Below are positions 13,055 through 30,500 of a stretch of DNA of 64,000 nt, piece after piece; within the stretch, counting starts at the first letter, position 1; every line of letters begins with the position of its first letter. The position numbers were made by a program, and so were the translations under genes. The notes under the pieces are model-generated. The model was given only the letters and a program-made list of their open reading frames with translations, had not been told where the DNA came from and did no database searches. Origin of the DNA: Raillietiella orientalis (Eukaryota); assembly GCA_036172245.1 (NCBI GenBank), contig JAYWIR010000007.1:5146001-5210000 (forward strand). The letters are read 5' to 3'.

Positions 13055-14377
13055 AGCACAGTCCTGGCCCGGTTCGGGAACGCGACCTTCTCCCCCCAGC
13101 AACGAGGGTGCCATCCCTCGCTACGCCGGAGACCCCTTCCGACCTCCGGCTCGGAAGCTCCTAGTCGGAGATGGTAACAGCTCTCGCGCGCAGGGGGGTT
13201 GGCAGGCCAGCCCTCTACGTTGCGTCGGCTTCTTCCTGGAGGAGACGTCAGCAGGCAGCGGCGTCCCGCGGGACGCCCCTGTAGCTTCTCGCTCGCAGGT
13301 CAGCGAGGTCGTGGCCAGCTGGTGCGCCATGTGGACAGGAAAGAGAGAACCAACCCTACAAGGCTGCAGAGTACCCTCCCTGCTCCAGGAATAGCCCGAC
13401 TCTCACTCCTCTAAGCTTCCTGAACATCGGCGTTCGGCAGGAACGAGGACCGGAGGAAGGATGAGTCCCTCTCGAGCCTCCGGACCAGGCAGACACAACT
13501 CCTCCCTTTTTCCTCTTCTTCCTCTTTTAGCTCTCCCTGTGCCTGTTCTCCTCCCCAAGGAGTGCTGGGGAGGATAAGACCAGACACGCAAGCAGGGATA
13601 ATCGGGAGTCACCCTGACCGGGAAGGTCACCGAAGAGTCGGAAAGGCTGAAGCTCGCAAAGGGAGCTTCCAGCCAAGCCCACGGGCGAGGTCGCCTCGCC
13701 CCTTGCCTCCTTGGTAGAATAGTTGATCCTGGTGCGCCTCTTGCTGGTTCCTCTTGGAGGAAGGAGGGCAGGAGCTTCAGGGTGAACTATTGGGTGGTCA
13801 GGGATCTCCCCACAACCTCCCCGGTCGATCGGGTGTAGCACCGGCGGGGCCCAGACAAGAAAGGTATGTACACGAGCCTTTTCGGCCCTTTTTCTGGGGT
13901 GGCTTTCTTCCAACCCCTCTCCCCCTCGGAGGACGCAGCCTGTAGCGGTTTCGTGCTTGGAGGATTCCAAATGTCCGCACTGACCTGCGGGAGGAGTAGG
14001 GAAGGGGGGGGGAGCTCCCAAGCACCTGGAAACGGGACGCGCGGTCGCCCAAGGCAACCAGCGCGTCGGGGGCGGCGCGGGCGTTCGCTGGAGCGGCGGT
14101 AATGGCGCGGAGAAAGGAGCGAGTGGAGATGCCCGCACGAACGCCGCCGCTGTGGTCGGCCTCTCCGACCATTCTCTCGAAAGGAGGGCAGAAGCCACTC
14201 CTTCGACTGGGGGCCTTCGGAGGACTGGCGCGCATGCATCTCTGCCCCTTGGCTTCCCCTATCCCCATCGCTCAACGCCATGACCACTGATCACTCCCCC
14301 CTCGATCCAGGGCGGCGGAGGGCGTCCGATGCCAAGGCATGAAACCCCCCTCGCGGTCAGCGCATCGCCCGCCTTCC

Positions 14378-14534
14378 GGGCTCCAGCAGGAGAGGGGGAG
14401 GAGGAGGGACGAAGGTCCCGGGCCCTCCTTCTCCGGAAGAGTCCCGAAGGACAGTGCGCGCTTCCTCCCGCACTCTGGAGCTCTCGGGTGGATGCGCAAC
14501 ACCCATCCTCGCGTTCCCTTTCTCCGGACGGGGG
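14378..14534 (+). repeat. Left arm of perfect 157-bp inverted repeat (partner 16108-16264)
   Basis: Base-by-base identical to the reverse complement of 16108-16264. Confidence 0.97.
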
Positions 14535-16107
14535 TGGGGAAGGTCGCTCCAGGAACCCCATGGGTCCTCCTCCCATAGATTGTGGGAAGCGGGAGGGAAG
14601 CTCTCGTTCTCCGTCTCATAGGGGGTCCCCAAACCACCTTCCAGAGGGTGCGTTCTCGAGCCCCTCGCTTTCTCGAAAGAGAGCGCACAGCCCCTCCTCG
14701 TGCCCATGAGCGCCTAGCCACCTCCATGCCCTACCTGCGGACATCGTCATCACCGCGAAGCGGTAGCATTAGCATCCTCGCCCACCTCATTCTCCGCCAG
14801 TCCCTTGCACGCAGCGCGGCGCAAGGTTCCCCGGAAGATGCAGAGGCCGCCTCGTGCGTGGGGGAAGGGGCCTTCGGGGATCACACATCCTTCCTTCATC
14901 CCTTCCTCCCCGCTACGGTTCTCCACGCGCTCGCGGCCGCCACAAGCAATCGACCTCTTTTCGAGAGAATGGCACGAGGGACTCTGCGGCCCGTGGAGGA
15001 CTCTCCGGCCGCGTTTCCGTGGAGGCGGGGGACGGCCGTCCTCAGTCGCCCGTGAAGCACCGCTGGACAATGAGGGCGGGTGGAGCCGAGGAACAGCCCC
15101 AACCGACCTCATTCCCGCCCTCGGCGGCGGGGGGCAGCAGGGGCGGCCGCTATCGACCAAAAGGGCACGGAAAAGGGCGCCTGCCTGGCGTGTTTCCAGG
15201 ACCCATATGACACCTAGAATCTCAGTTCGCCGGCAGGGACGAAGTGGGGCGGTAACTGTTCCCCCCGAGGGTCAAAAGGCAACCCACGAAAGGGAAACGA
15301 AGAGCGACAGCCCGCGAAGGTAGGCCGGTAGCCTCTCCCATTCCTCCCGTGTCCGTGACTACGGAGGCCTGAGCGCTGCGAAGGATCCTTCCGCATGTAC
15401 CGGCCTTCCTTTCCTGGAGTCGCGAGGCGAGGTTGCCTACCAGCTGATCCACATCTCGACGCAGCCCGTCGCTCACCTGGAACTCTCCGTCCTGTTCTAC
15501 GGCGAACGGCGAACCCCGGATGAGAACGCCAGAGCACACGATGAGACCGCGGTGCCCTTCGCCTGACCCTACGATGGCTTACTGGATCAGCTCCGGAGAA
15601 AAAACGAACGTTTGCGATACGGCCGCTGCCCCGCTGCAGCTGCGGAATCGGGTCAGCAGCCACTGCGTTCCTGGACACAAAATTCAACCCAGACATGCGT
15701 AGCCCGACGGAGCGAAGCTCCAGGGAAGCAGGAAGGTAGACAGACGGAAGGAACTCGCTCTTGGCTTGCAGAAGGGAAGCCTGAGGAAGGCTAAGGGCGC
15801 CTCCCCCCGAAAAAAGCGCAATCTAAGTCAACGGAGTGAAGAAACAGGTTCAGGGAAAAAGACGCGACAGCAGTGCCGGGAACTACGGATTGCGGAAGCC
15901 TGGGAGGAAAAGAGGGAAAAGTCTCGTCTCTGGACCATACTGGGCGGATGAAAGGACCTGTCGCATCGCCGCAGAGCTTTTTTGTCCTGACAGGGCATGA
16001 CTCCAGCAGAATAGCCCTTCCTCTTAGATCTCGCTGTGTCCCGCAACACGAAGAGGGGGGTTGTCAGCCAGGTACGCCCGGGGCGACACGAAGAACAAGT
16101 GGACCCC

Positions 16108-16264
16108 CCCCCGTCCGGAGAAAGGGAACGCGAGGATGGGTGTTGCGCATCCACCCGAGAGCTCCAGAGTGCGGGAGGAAGCGCGCACTGTCCTTCGGGA
16201 CTCTTCCGGAGAAGGAGGGCCCGGGACCTTCGTCCCTCCTCCTCCCCCTCTCCTGCTGGAGCCC
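16108..16264 (-). repeat. Right arm of perfect 157-bp inverted repeat (partner 14378-14534)
   Basis: Base-by-base identical to the reverse complement of 14378-14534; 1573-bp spacer; no target-site duplication seen. Confidence 0.97.
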
Positions 16265-16585
16265 CCTCTCTTCTTTTCATCACTCGGAACAGCATTCGAA
16301 AATTTCCGGCCAGTCACTGGATTTCCTTGAGGTGCCCAGCGGAGGAAGGTTGCGTTCGTCAGACGTCACTACTAGCCTCCAGGGCGCTTCTCCGGAACAA
16401 GTCCACCGGAAGGCAGCACTGCAGATGGCGGATGCGCAGATGCAAGAGAAACGCCAACATGGACTCATGGCAACGTGAACGGCAATGAGCGCTGCACATG
16501 ATAAAAGCAAACGATTCGGCAGGGGTGGCAAGCGACGTCCTCCGGTCGCACTGGGAAACCCACATATCGTGAAAGAAAGACACCA

Positions 16586-16627
16586 GGTGGGACCCTCTGG
16601 ATACAGGGGTGTCCAAAGGATCCCACC
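16586..16627. other. 19-bp imperfect hairpin
   Basis: ggtgggaccctctggatac-aggg-gtgtccaaaggatcccacc, 16/19 Watson-Crick pairs. Confidence 0.75.
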
Positions 16628-17577
16628 ACTCCAATAGCAGAAATCAATGAGTACCGAATGAGCTTTTGACCAACTGCGAGAGCAACTCCGTAGAGAAGGC
16701 CAGGCGCGAAACGGAAAGGTGACTCTCGGTTCCTGGGAGGCCGAGCGGGTAAAGCAGCTGACAACAGAACCGGAACCTCACGGAGTGGACAAGGAAAACC
16801 ACTCTGAACTGCCAAGAAGAAATGGAAAGACGGAACTTTTTTGCGCTCCTGACTAATGATCGAAGATTCGCTGAAACAATGCCTACTACGTATTTATTTC
16901 GCGCTTCTCGGTGAACCGATCCTTCATCCAAAGCCGGAAAATCAAGTGTACTCTGTCCAGTTCGTCCGTAAAAACAGATTTAACGCGAAGAACAGCTACA
17001 TCGCTTATCATCTTGCATTCCGCACTGCAGAACTCGAAGAGGAGTTCCTCCCCATTCCTGTGCTGTTCCGGTCTGTAGATTGATAGTGACCCATTTTCCA
17101 CTTGCCTGAAAAACGGGCACCGCTCACCCTTCTTTAGAGCTCTTTACGTGGGTGTGCCATCACGCTGGTTTCTCTGCAGTTTGAGCAATGCAAGGTCCTC
17201 CTTTTAATTAAATACCACACCTGCATAGTGGGAACTGCTTTCTCGGCTTGGATTTTTTTTTTTAAAAAAAAAAAACACGTCCGGTGTTCTCAGATCTTGA
17301 ATTACATAGGGCAGTAACGATGTGGTGTTTGGGAACTAAACCCTTACTTCATCCACCAGTTAGTTTACAGGGATAACAAGTAAGGTTTTCCAGAAATGCA
17401 ATCCGTATTTAGATATCATTAAATTGATCACACTACTAAGTTCGATTTTATACTTATTACTATACTGTGCTTGATGCTAAAACACGGAAACAAATCCTAA
17501 TCTGGAATTGAAATAACTGAACACTTCAATCTGGAGATTCTCATAAGATTTTTTCAAATAACCTCCTTCACATGGGA

Positions 17578-22214
<4,637 letters not shown>

Positions 22215-22263
22215 TTAACTTGATATAAAAAAATATAGAACGAAGGTTTCGAGTCCAAGTTCT

Positions 22264-22287
22264 CAACAACAACAACAACAACAACAA
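22264..22287 (+). repeat. (CAA)8 microsatellite at the AT/GC boundary upstream of the SLC3 start
   Basis: caacaacaacaacaacaacaacaa. Confidence 0.95.
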
Positions 22288-22894
22288 CTCAGCATTTTCG
22301 GTTGTACCGTGGGAGGTCCGTTGGCATGCGCGCACACCCAACACGCCGAGGTCTCACTCTGGGAGGGATCATCCTCGGCCCCGGCTCAACACGGCGTGGC
22401 ATTTGATCTCGCGGATCCACTCGCGTGCCGCTCCCCCCCTCCCCTCCCCACGGGACGCAAATAGGTTCCACGAAACGACCGTACGTGCTGGAAATGAAAA
22501 TTCGGTCCCCCCCCCCCTCCCCCGCCCTCCGCCCCCGTGTTGGGGAGGAAGGCGGGACGGCACCCTGGATGACGCTGCCAAAGAAAGAAGCAGACGCCTC
22601 GGCCCATCGGGGGCACCGAGCACGCATCTCCCTTTCTTCTTCCTCCTCTTCAGCGGGAGCTTTTTTTTTTTTTCTCCCCCGCCCCCGCACACGCCGGATC
22701 GGTTTCCACGGCACCGGTTCCTCCCCGTCGTGGTGGTGGTGTTGCCCGCAACCACCACGGCGCGCGCGAGGTGCACCCCTCCTTGCTCGGATTGCGTGCC
22801 CTTCACCCGGAAAGTCCGGGGTTGTCACACTTGGTGAAAAAGGAAATCCCGAAAAACGTATGACTTTCTCGTCGAGTTTTTCTTCCTTCCTTTC

Positions 22895-22925
<31 letters not shown>

Positions 22926-25900
22926 TGGAACACAGAACGGAAGTGAACAGCCGTCAGAAGAACAGCGATGCTCCAGACTCTTTCTGTTTGCAAAGCCGAC
23001 TTCGTGTTTGGGTGTGTCTCCCCCTCTCTCCCGGCTTTCCACCTCCACGGAACAGGAATCTTCCGGGAAGGAAAAGAGAGAGAGAATCGCACGAGGAGCA
23101 AGCAGACCGACCAGAGAGAGAGCTCACCTCCCATCCGCATTGCAGCCTTCCATTGCATTTACCCTGCCCTGCCCGAGTTCCGCTTGTCAAAAGCTCATTT
23201 GCTGCTGCACTCGAAACGTCTCGTGCAATTTTTCCCCGCGTTCTCACTTTGAGAGAACGCTGCGGCCAGAAAGGCAAATGACAAATATGATGACACAAGG
23301 AGTGAAAATAGGAATGGGGACGACGGAAACACTGCATCCCGGGAACGTCTTCCCCGTCGGGTGATGCGCGATTTTTCTAAAATCGAACCAAATTTTCGTG
23401 CTGAAAGGAACGCTTTTTTTTCTTCTTCTTCCTTTCCCCCTTTTTTTGAAAAACATTGATTTGATTTATTACGACACGGAAAAGCGTGATTTATTCGCGG
23501 TTGCGCCATTATTAGATGATGGCATGACATGAATGACACGCAGCATTAACGATTGGCACGGAAGAACTGATAAGCGCGGAACGCCTCGGATTCCGACGCA
23601 GTGGACGCATTTTCCACTTTTTGTGGTGGAAAGGAGCAAACTGCGAAACTGAGCAGAGGTCAACTTGAGGGTACTCGAAGCGATTCACATGGGGTGTTCC
23701 CCCTTTTTTGTTGCTGCTGCTGTTTGAGAGCCTTCACGCGGGCAGCAGAAGGGTGAACGAAGAAAACGCGTGCAAGTGAGGACGAAGAGTCTCAGATGTG
23801 CTTCGTTCCGACTGTGCCAGCATTTCGGCACGTTCGCGTGCACGAAAGGTTTTCGAGAGAAGCTGCGCGTCGAGTACCCGATCCTCGAGGGATCTGCGAA
23901 GAAACGGGATGGAACTCGGTTGCCAGGACTCCGCTGCGCACGCTCTCTCACTTGCTCTTGCGTAGACGGACATGGAAATCACAATCTGTAAAAAATGCAC
24001 AACACGTTCTTTCCAGGGGAATAATGCGCTGCCGCTTCTGTTGACTTTTTTTTTTTTTCTGCACGTGTCCTTGTTGGTGCCACGTGTGTCCTGGGATACG
24101 CAAACTTTCCCACAGTTGGCCTTTCTGGAACCGCAGACTTGCTTCCAGCAAGCTCCGTGTTCATATGCCTCGCATTGCCTTCCCCTGACTTCCCATGAGG
24201 ATTGCAGCTTCCGCTTCCGACGAGAACGCCTCACGTGCCCTCCCCCTCTTCGCGTCGTCTCTGATCCGAAACCGATGGGGCACTTCATACTTCATAAAAC
24301 GGCGTTTTTTCTACTTTTTTTTTTTTTTTTTTCCGTCTTCTGATTTTGGTATATCTTTACTGATGGAGATGCTCATTCATCCAGATCCTTGCTGATGCAG
24401 ATATTCGCTTTCAATAAAGGTATAGAGTTTCACTGATTTGCTGATGCTCGGAAACCTTAAAGTTTCGGAGGCTTCGAACAAAAGGCGACCACCTCTCCGC
24501 TGAAAGCGGATAGGGCAATCCCCCCGGGGACACGCAGCCATCCTCCCACTTCATTATCGGTCACAATAAGCGCGGCTGCCGAAGCTCTCTCGAGGCATCG
24601 AATTCCACCGATTTCGGCAAACAAAAACCAAAAAGCACAGTCCCGGTGGGTCCTCGCACCGGAGGTAGGAGGAATTTATCGAGGACGGCCCCTGCGTACA
24701 TGCGGCAAGCAATCGAACACCGATGGTTTCCCTCTGCAAAAAGGTGATAGAACCTCGCCTTAAGGAAACGAAGTTTCGGCTTTTGCCTCCGTGGGGCTGC
24801 CTGAGGCACGGAATTTTGTTTATGCGGTCTGGATTTGCATGGAAAGCCAAAGGGACACGTAATCGTCGTCGCATTTCCCCCGCCCCCTCCCCCCTTCCCC
24901 TTCAGCGTGACCTCTCGCGAAATTTCCTTGCGTGCTCGGTCTTCACTCAACCCCTGCCCTGTGACTTCTCTCCCTGGCTGCATTGCCTCGCTGCATCGCC
25001 AGTGGGAAAGAACGTCGGCAGTCGTTCCCGACTTGTGTGGAATTTCGAAATTCGAAGGGGTGGACGCACGTCCCGAGAGGGCTGCTGCAGCCTCGCTCCA
25101 CCTTATCGAAGTCGCCTCCCGATTTCGCAAGCGTCGCTCACCACTGCGCTCCGAACGGCCAGCAGGACACGCGGACGCGGCAGCAGCAGCCTCCCTCGCG
25201 AAGAGCCGCGTTTGCTGGTGCTCCCTTCGGACCACCGGCGAGTACCTGAGGCGGGGGCAAGCTTAGGCAGCCGGGTGGAGACGGGAAGAGCCAGCGCGCT
25301 GGCGCGTGCGGCAGACACGTCGTAGCAGGGATTCATTCAGGAGGCGGACGCAGTTCGTCTTCGGCTTCTAACGTTCCCCCTCGGATGGTGGCCCTGATCG
25401 CTGGAGGGCGTGGTTCCGTCCGCGCGCGCGTTCCTGCGCACCGCCAGCCCGTAGTGGAAGAGGAGAGGGAACGGGTCGGCCGGAAGTGGGAGGAGGAGGG
25501 ATTCGTCGCGAACTTGGGTCCATCACGCGCGGATCACGTGAAGCGAGCCTCGCGAAGCCACGTGGAGCGTTCCCCTCCCCCCCCCCCTCCTCCTTCAGCA
25601 GCCTTAGTCCCTCGAGGCACTGAGGCTGCTCACGGAAGAAGGAAAGCAGCTGCTGGTGGAAGCAGCTGATCGCTTCTTCGTGCGAAATAAAGAAAAATAG
25701 GAGGAGGAGGGGGAAATCCGTGAGCTCCTTTCCCGAGCCCCGGGGCGGGCAACCGAAGAAGACGTGGAGCAGAAGAAGCCCCAGAAGCGATCTTGAGACG
25801 CTCGAGGCTCCCCTCGCTGCCGCCGATGACGCACCCGCGATCAGCTCCTCGGATGCTGGACGATTTCCCAAGACGGCACGGGCCGCGGGAGAGATTCCGT

Positions 25901-27506
25901 GCCGATCGCCGCGCGGGGGATCTCGCAATCGTCGCCGCCGCCGCCCCCCCCCCCAGCGAGGAGGACCTGATTCCAGCTTCCAGAGGCGGAGCGATCGGTC
26001 CATTTCCTGTCCCTGGATAAGAGGCGGGGCGGGAAGAAAAGACGGGAAAGGAGGGAGAGGACGGCACGGGTGATAAAGCCCGCTTTGCATGCGCGCCGTC
26101 GGCCGCTTGCACAATGGGGGGTGCGCGCAGACGTCGGGAAACATCCGGAAACCCTCCGCCGCCCATGACCGGAGGACGTGGTCACGGAGGCCACAGCTTT
26201 TTCACATCTTCTCCTCCCCTCCTCTTGCGCGACCCGGTCCATCGGCGTCTTTTTTTTTTTTGGGGGGGGGGGGTGCTCCCTTCGGAGCGCTTGGAGGGGG
26301 TCTTCGTGCCCCCATCCGGACGATCCCCGTGGAACCTGTTCGAGAGAGGGAGCGCCCTCTCGCGGCTCACCACCTCCGAGGTTCGTCCCATCCCGCTCCC
26401 CTTCCGAGAGAGCTCGCGCTCTCAAGGACGAGTCTTGTGGGTCGTGCCCCGCGCCCTGCTGGTGTTTCCGGACGAAACCCCCGTGCCTTGAATCGGCGCC
26501 CCTTCGCACACTTCTCCGCTTCCTCCCCCCCTCCTCCATGAGGCGCGCGCGCGACCCGGCCGCACTTCGCGCGGATCCCCTTCTTCCACTGCAGGCGCGG
26601 CAGCATCGCCCGGGCAGGGCAGCGCGAGGAGGAAGATGAGGAGCAGAAGCACCGACCCTGCGGCGCAGAAAGGCGAGAGCGATCCTCGCGGAAGCTGCGG
26701 TAACGATCGCGCGCCGATCACCTTCCCGCCGCGCCTGCGCTGTCCCTACCCCGCGAGAGCGCAGGAACGCTTCGCAGCCCTCGGTGTGCTCCCGGAACAT
26801 CCAGCACGTCGCCAAGGGAGAGAGAGAGCGCGCGCGCCAGCGTCGTTACCCCCCAGGAGTCTAATGTTAGCAGCGGCGCGCGCGGTCGTCCGGCAAGTTG
26901 CGTGAGTCCCGGAAACCTGCGCAGCGCCCCCGGGAGAGCGGGATCGAGTTACTCGCAACGCTCCGCCGCCGGGGAGAACTCGAGAACTGTGCTTCCGGGA
27001 CGGTGCTTCTCCGGATATCGGATTTTCGCGCCTCTTTTCCTTCCTCCGGTGCACGCGAGGCACACTTGGAACGAGCAATTGGTCACCAAACTCAGTCGGC
27101 TATCACCTTCCTTTCCTTCCTTCTCCTCCGTTTTTTAGCGTCCGCCCCGCCTCGCTGCCCTCCATTTTCCAGAGTGGATCGCAAGTCCTTCTTAGCACGC
27201 GTGGAGTCTGGTGAATGTTGATGAGAGGCGTTGAATGGAGCTGCTCCGAATTGGAATCGCATGGCTTGCGGGTAGGACGGAGGGAAACAGAAGCAGGAAG
27301 CTGTTTGACTTTGGACAAGCGATTTCCTTTCACGTCTTGCCGCGTTTGAAGCAGACTCGCAAGCGAAATAACCCACGGCGGGCGCGAATGCGGTGAACTG
27401 CAGCCCAAAGCGAAAGCGTTTTTGCTCCCTTATGGTCAATAGGGTCCTTGAACCCGAACAACTCAGTTGGCTGAGCCGAGCAAACCTTGCAGACGTCCCC
27501 CCCCCC

Positions 27507-27540
27507 CACACACACACACGCACGCACGCGCGCGCGCACA
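27507..27540. repeat. Alternating purine-pyrimidine (CA/CG) tract
   Basis: cacacacacacacgcacgcacgcgcgcgcgcaca, following a poly-C run. Confidence 0.85.
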
Positions 27541-30500
27541 ACCCATGCGTTGCACGACAGCAAATGAAATCCCCATTTGAAAATAGGCTGACTTCAATAC
27601 GTCAGACAAACGCACAACACGTAGCAAACAGATAGAGGGACGTGCCCACCATCATCATCATAAGGATTGCACGAATTCTATCAGTGACACGCATGCAAAA
27701 CTCATCGTAACACACGCAGCGGCACGTGCATTAAAATTCCCGGCAAGGCGTAGGAATTTCTTGCACGGACTTTTCGTGCACCCCCGGCGGGGAGCGCTTG
27801 CATAGCTGGGGTGTTTAAGGAGCAGCTGGAACCAACCCAAGACACAGCAGCAGTCCTGTGCTGTTTGCTGTTGTCGTCCAGATGGGTGCATTTGTTTTCG
27901 TGTGATTTCCTCGCTCCAAAGGAATACGTCGAGCGAGCGAAAGACGAGTCCTGGACCACACCATTCTGCGTGCGTTCTTCGGCACGGCCTCCCTCCTGCC
28001 TTCCGCGTCTCTCCAGTCCAAGTAGAGTTTGCAGATTTCAAGCCACCGCGGCGGCGACCCTCGACGCTGACGAAGGAGAGGTAACTCGCCTGCCAATGTC
28101 TGGGTAGACGCTAGAAGAATGGAATAGAGTATGCCACTTGCGCCTTGTGGTAGTCTGTTTTTATTTTATTGCACTGTGTGGTTTCCGTTTCGAGTCGTGG
28201 GGTAAGTGCTTGACGAAACTGCTTGCTGGAAGAAATTCTCGCAAGATTCTTCCAAGATGCAGAATCAAATAAGCACTGTTCGGCAGCAATGATTTCGACT
28301 ATGAAGGCGACTTCTGAATTCCAGCTGAAATCAATGAAGGTGCAGCGCTCCGACATACATCGTACGAAGTCCACAGAAATGGCTTACTGAACTTGTACGG
28401 AAAGCAATCCCAAGATCAGCGTCCTTCCCTTCATCGAGATGCTCAGCCAAACAGCTGTTCTTGCAGCTCCTTTTCCATGTGGGAACAATCCTTTCCCCTG
28501 ATGAACCACCAAGTCAGCAATGGCAGGGTGTACTATGAAAATTTGCGTTGAAGTTGTGAAATGCGTCTTTTTTCTTCTTCTTCTTTGTATGCGTACATTT
28601 GGACATGAAATACAAAAAAGCCTAGGACACTTTATTTTCGATGTGCTACTCCACCGCCGAGGGAAACACATGTTGACACGTATTATGCAGATGGGCGGCT
28701 CACCCACTTTCATTCCAGTAGGGCTATTTTTGAGAAAATGGACTGTGGGGCGCAATCTCAACCAAGAGGAACCTTAAAGAACTGCCAGCACGCCAGTAAT
28801 ACGCGGTCGAACAAACGGAATTTTTCCTGTGAGCCCAAAGAACACACGTGCCGGTGTTTATGAATATGTGTGATATGGAAAAGCAACCGAGATAGGGCAT
28901 CCTTGAAAGACTTTCAATGTGCCACTTATCTTACCTATGAAGGAAGTTCCTCGTGCAGTGTGGCATAAACAGCCTGATTAACCACAAAATAAACAGTCAT
29001 CAACGAGATGGAAAGAAACACCTGCTTCTGTCCAAGCATTGGTTTGGCGGATAGAATGAATAAATTATAACTCGTGATGAGAAGTAGAGGTTGGCAACGG
29101 CGCAAGGAAAGTCCACACCTTTTGCGTTTAGCGAACCATTGTCACGTTGTGACGTCATCATTTGGTAATCGCTGTGCCTTCATTATTACAGGGCTACTCA
29201 GTTTGAGGTAAATAAATAAAAGGAAAAACTGCCACGCAACGCATCACTTGCTTTCTACAAACTGAATCGGTTCTCTCCATTGCTGTTCTCATTTGCAGCT
29301 GCAAAAGAAGTTCTAAAACTGGTTCGCATACCGAGCGAATGAGCGCTCGTGATGGATGTTTTGCGTTTTTTTTTTTTACTGTTTCTAATGCTTTATAAAT
29401 TTTTTGTGCGCTCTTCAGAATTTTCAATAACGAAAGAATTATGGTTTCATACTTGTAAAAATTCTTTTTCCATCGGGACAATCTGACTACTCAAAATGCA
29501 GTTGAACAACTCATTATTCACAATTTGTTCTTGCGAAATGCATCCGATAACAGTCTGCTTGTTGCGGATCCGTCGTGTTTTCTTAGAATATCACCATGAT
29601 TCTTGGAATCCTTCCCATAGACCAAGGATGATAAAACGGCAGTTTTGCAAAAGATGTACACTGGTCAAATGCCTAACTTAGCGAATAGGAACGCATTTAC
29701 TTCACTAATTGCTGCATTACGATGTTACTTGCACTTTCTCTGCATAGATTAGGATGGAAATGGCTCGTTTCGCAGATTTCGAAAGACCTGACAAAACAGA
29801 GTCGGCCTAACGTAATCTAATATCTGAAACGTGAAAGGTATTAAAGATGATTTCCGAACAAATTACATTCGCATTGTAGATTATCTTTTCCTGGTTCATT
29901 TACTTTTCGGAGAACTGATTCGGAAAATAACCGGTATATTACACCATAAAAAGGACACCTAGATACCCGGAGGCTCGCTCATTGATTTCTGCCATTACAA
30001 GGTTTCATTCCATTATTTTACCGATTTACAGAACTTTGTTGTGCCAACTATTGGCACAAACAAAAATCTTTACAAATCTTAAAACCAAGAATACATTTGA
30101 AATTGTGCATACAGACTGGACACTTTGGTATTTAGCTTGAAGGATTACATTTGGAGCTATTTGAAATCGGTTTAAGTAACCTAAATTACATCTGAAAGCA
30201 ATGCCAGAAAACCACTTTTTTTTCCTAGCCATTCTGTTTTAACTAGTTCTTTTGAAGCAATTAAACATTTTGCCGAAAGGCTCTACAGCGAATTTATTTA
30301 AAGAAAATCCTAAATCTTCCAATGCAGTAATATGTTTATACTCTCATAGGATAGTTCCAATTTCTGACCAGCACTCAATTTTTCCAAGTATTACATATTT
30401 TCAAATGGATTCATTTATGTTCATCATGTTAATTTTGATCCATCAGTTCAATTCGGATCCATCAGATTTATTTGGTTTTCCCACTGTCGCTTCAGAATTT

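Larger units (their letters stand above)
4150..16300. repeat. Degenerate ~0.9-kb repeat family, about 9 copies in mixed orientation
   Basis: Collinear short matches link cores near 4.77, 9.6, 11.74, 12.56, 13.46 and 14.42 kb (one orientation) and 8.2, 11.17 and 16.22 kb (opposite); see findings for anchors. Unit boundaries are approximate. Confidence 0.6.

Noticed and set aside
14378..16264. Interpretation as a TIR transposon (Mutator/foldback)
   Set aside because: No target-site duplication, no transposase, and similarity continues beyond the perfect arms and into other array copies.
270..16800. Many overlapping 100-390 aa ORFs in the left GC-rich block
   Set aside because: Arg/Pro/Gly/Ser-rich, present in all six frames, no recognisable domain, and frames are not conserved between repeat copies; expected for GC-rich DNA.
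22289..29200. Long ORFs upstream of the SLC3 gene
   Set aside because: Low-complexity translations driven by homopolymer runs, no chain of phase-compatible exons; more likely promoter, UTR-intron or intergenic DNA.
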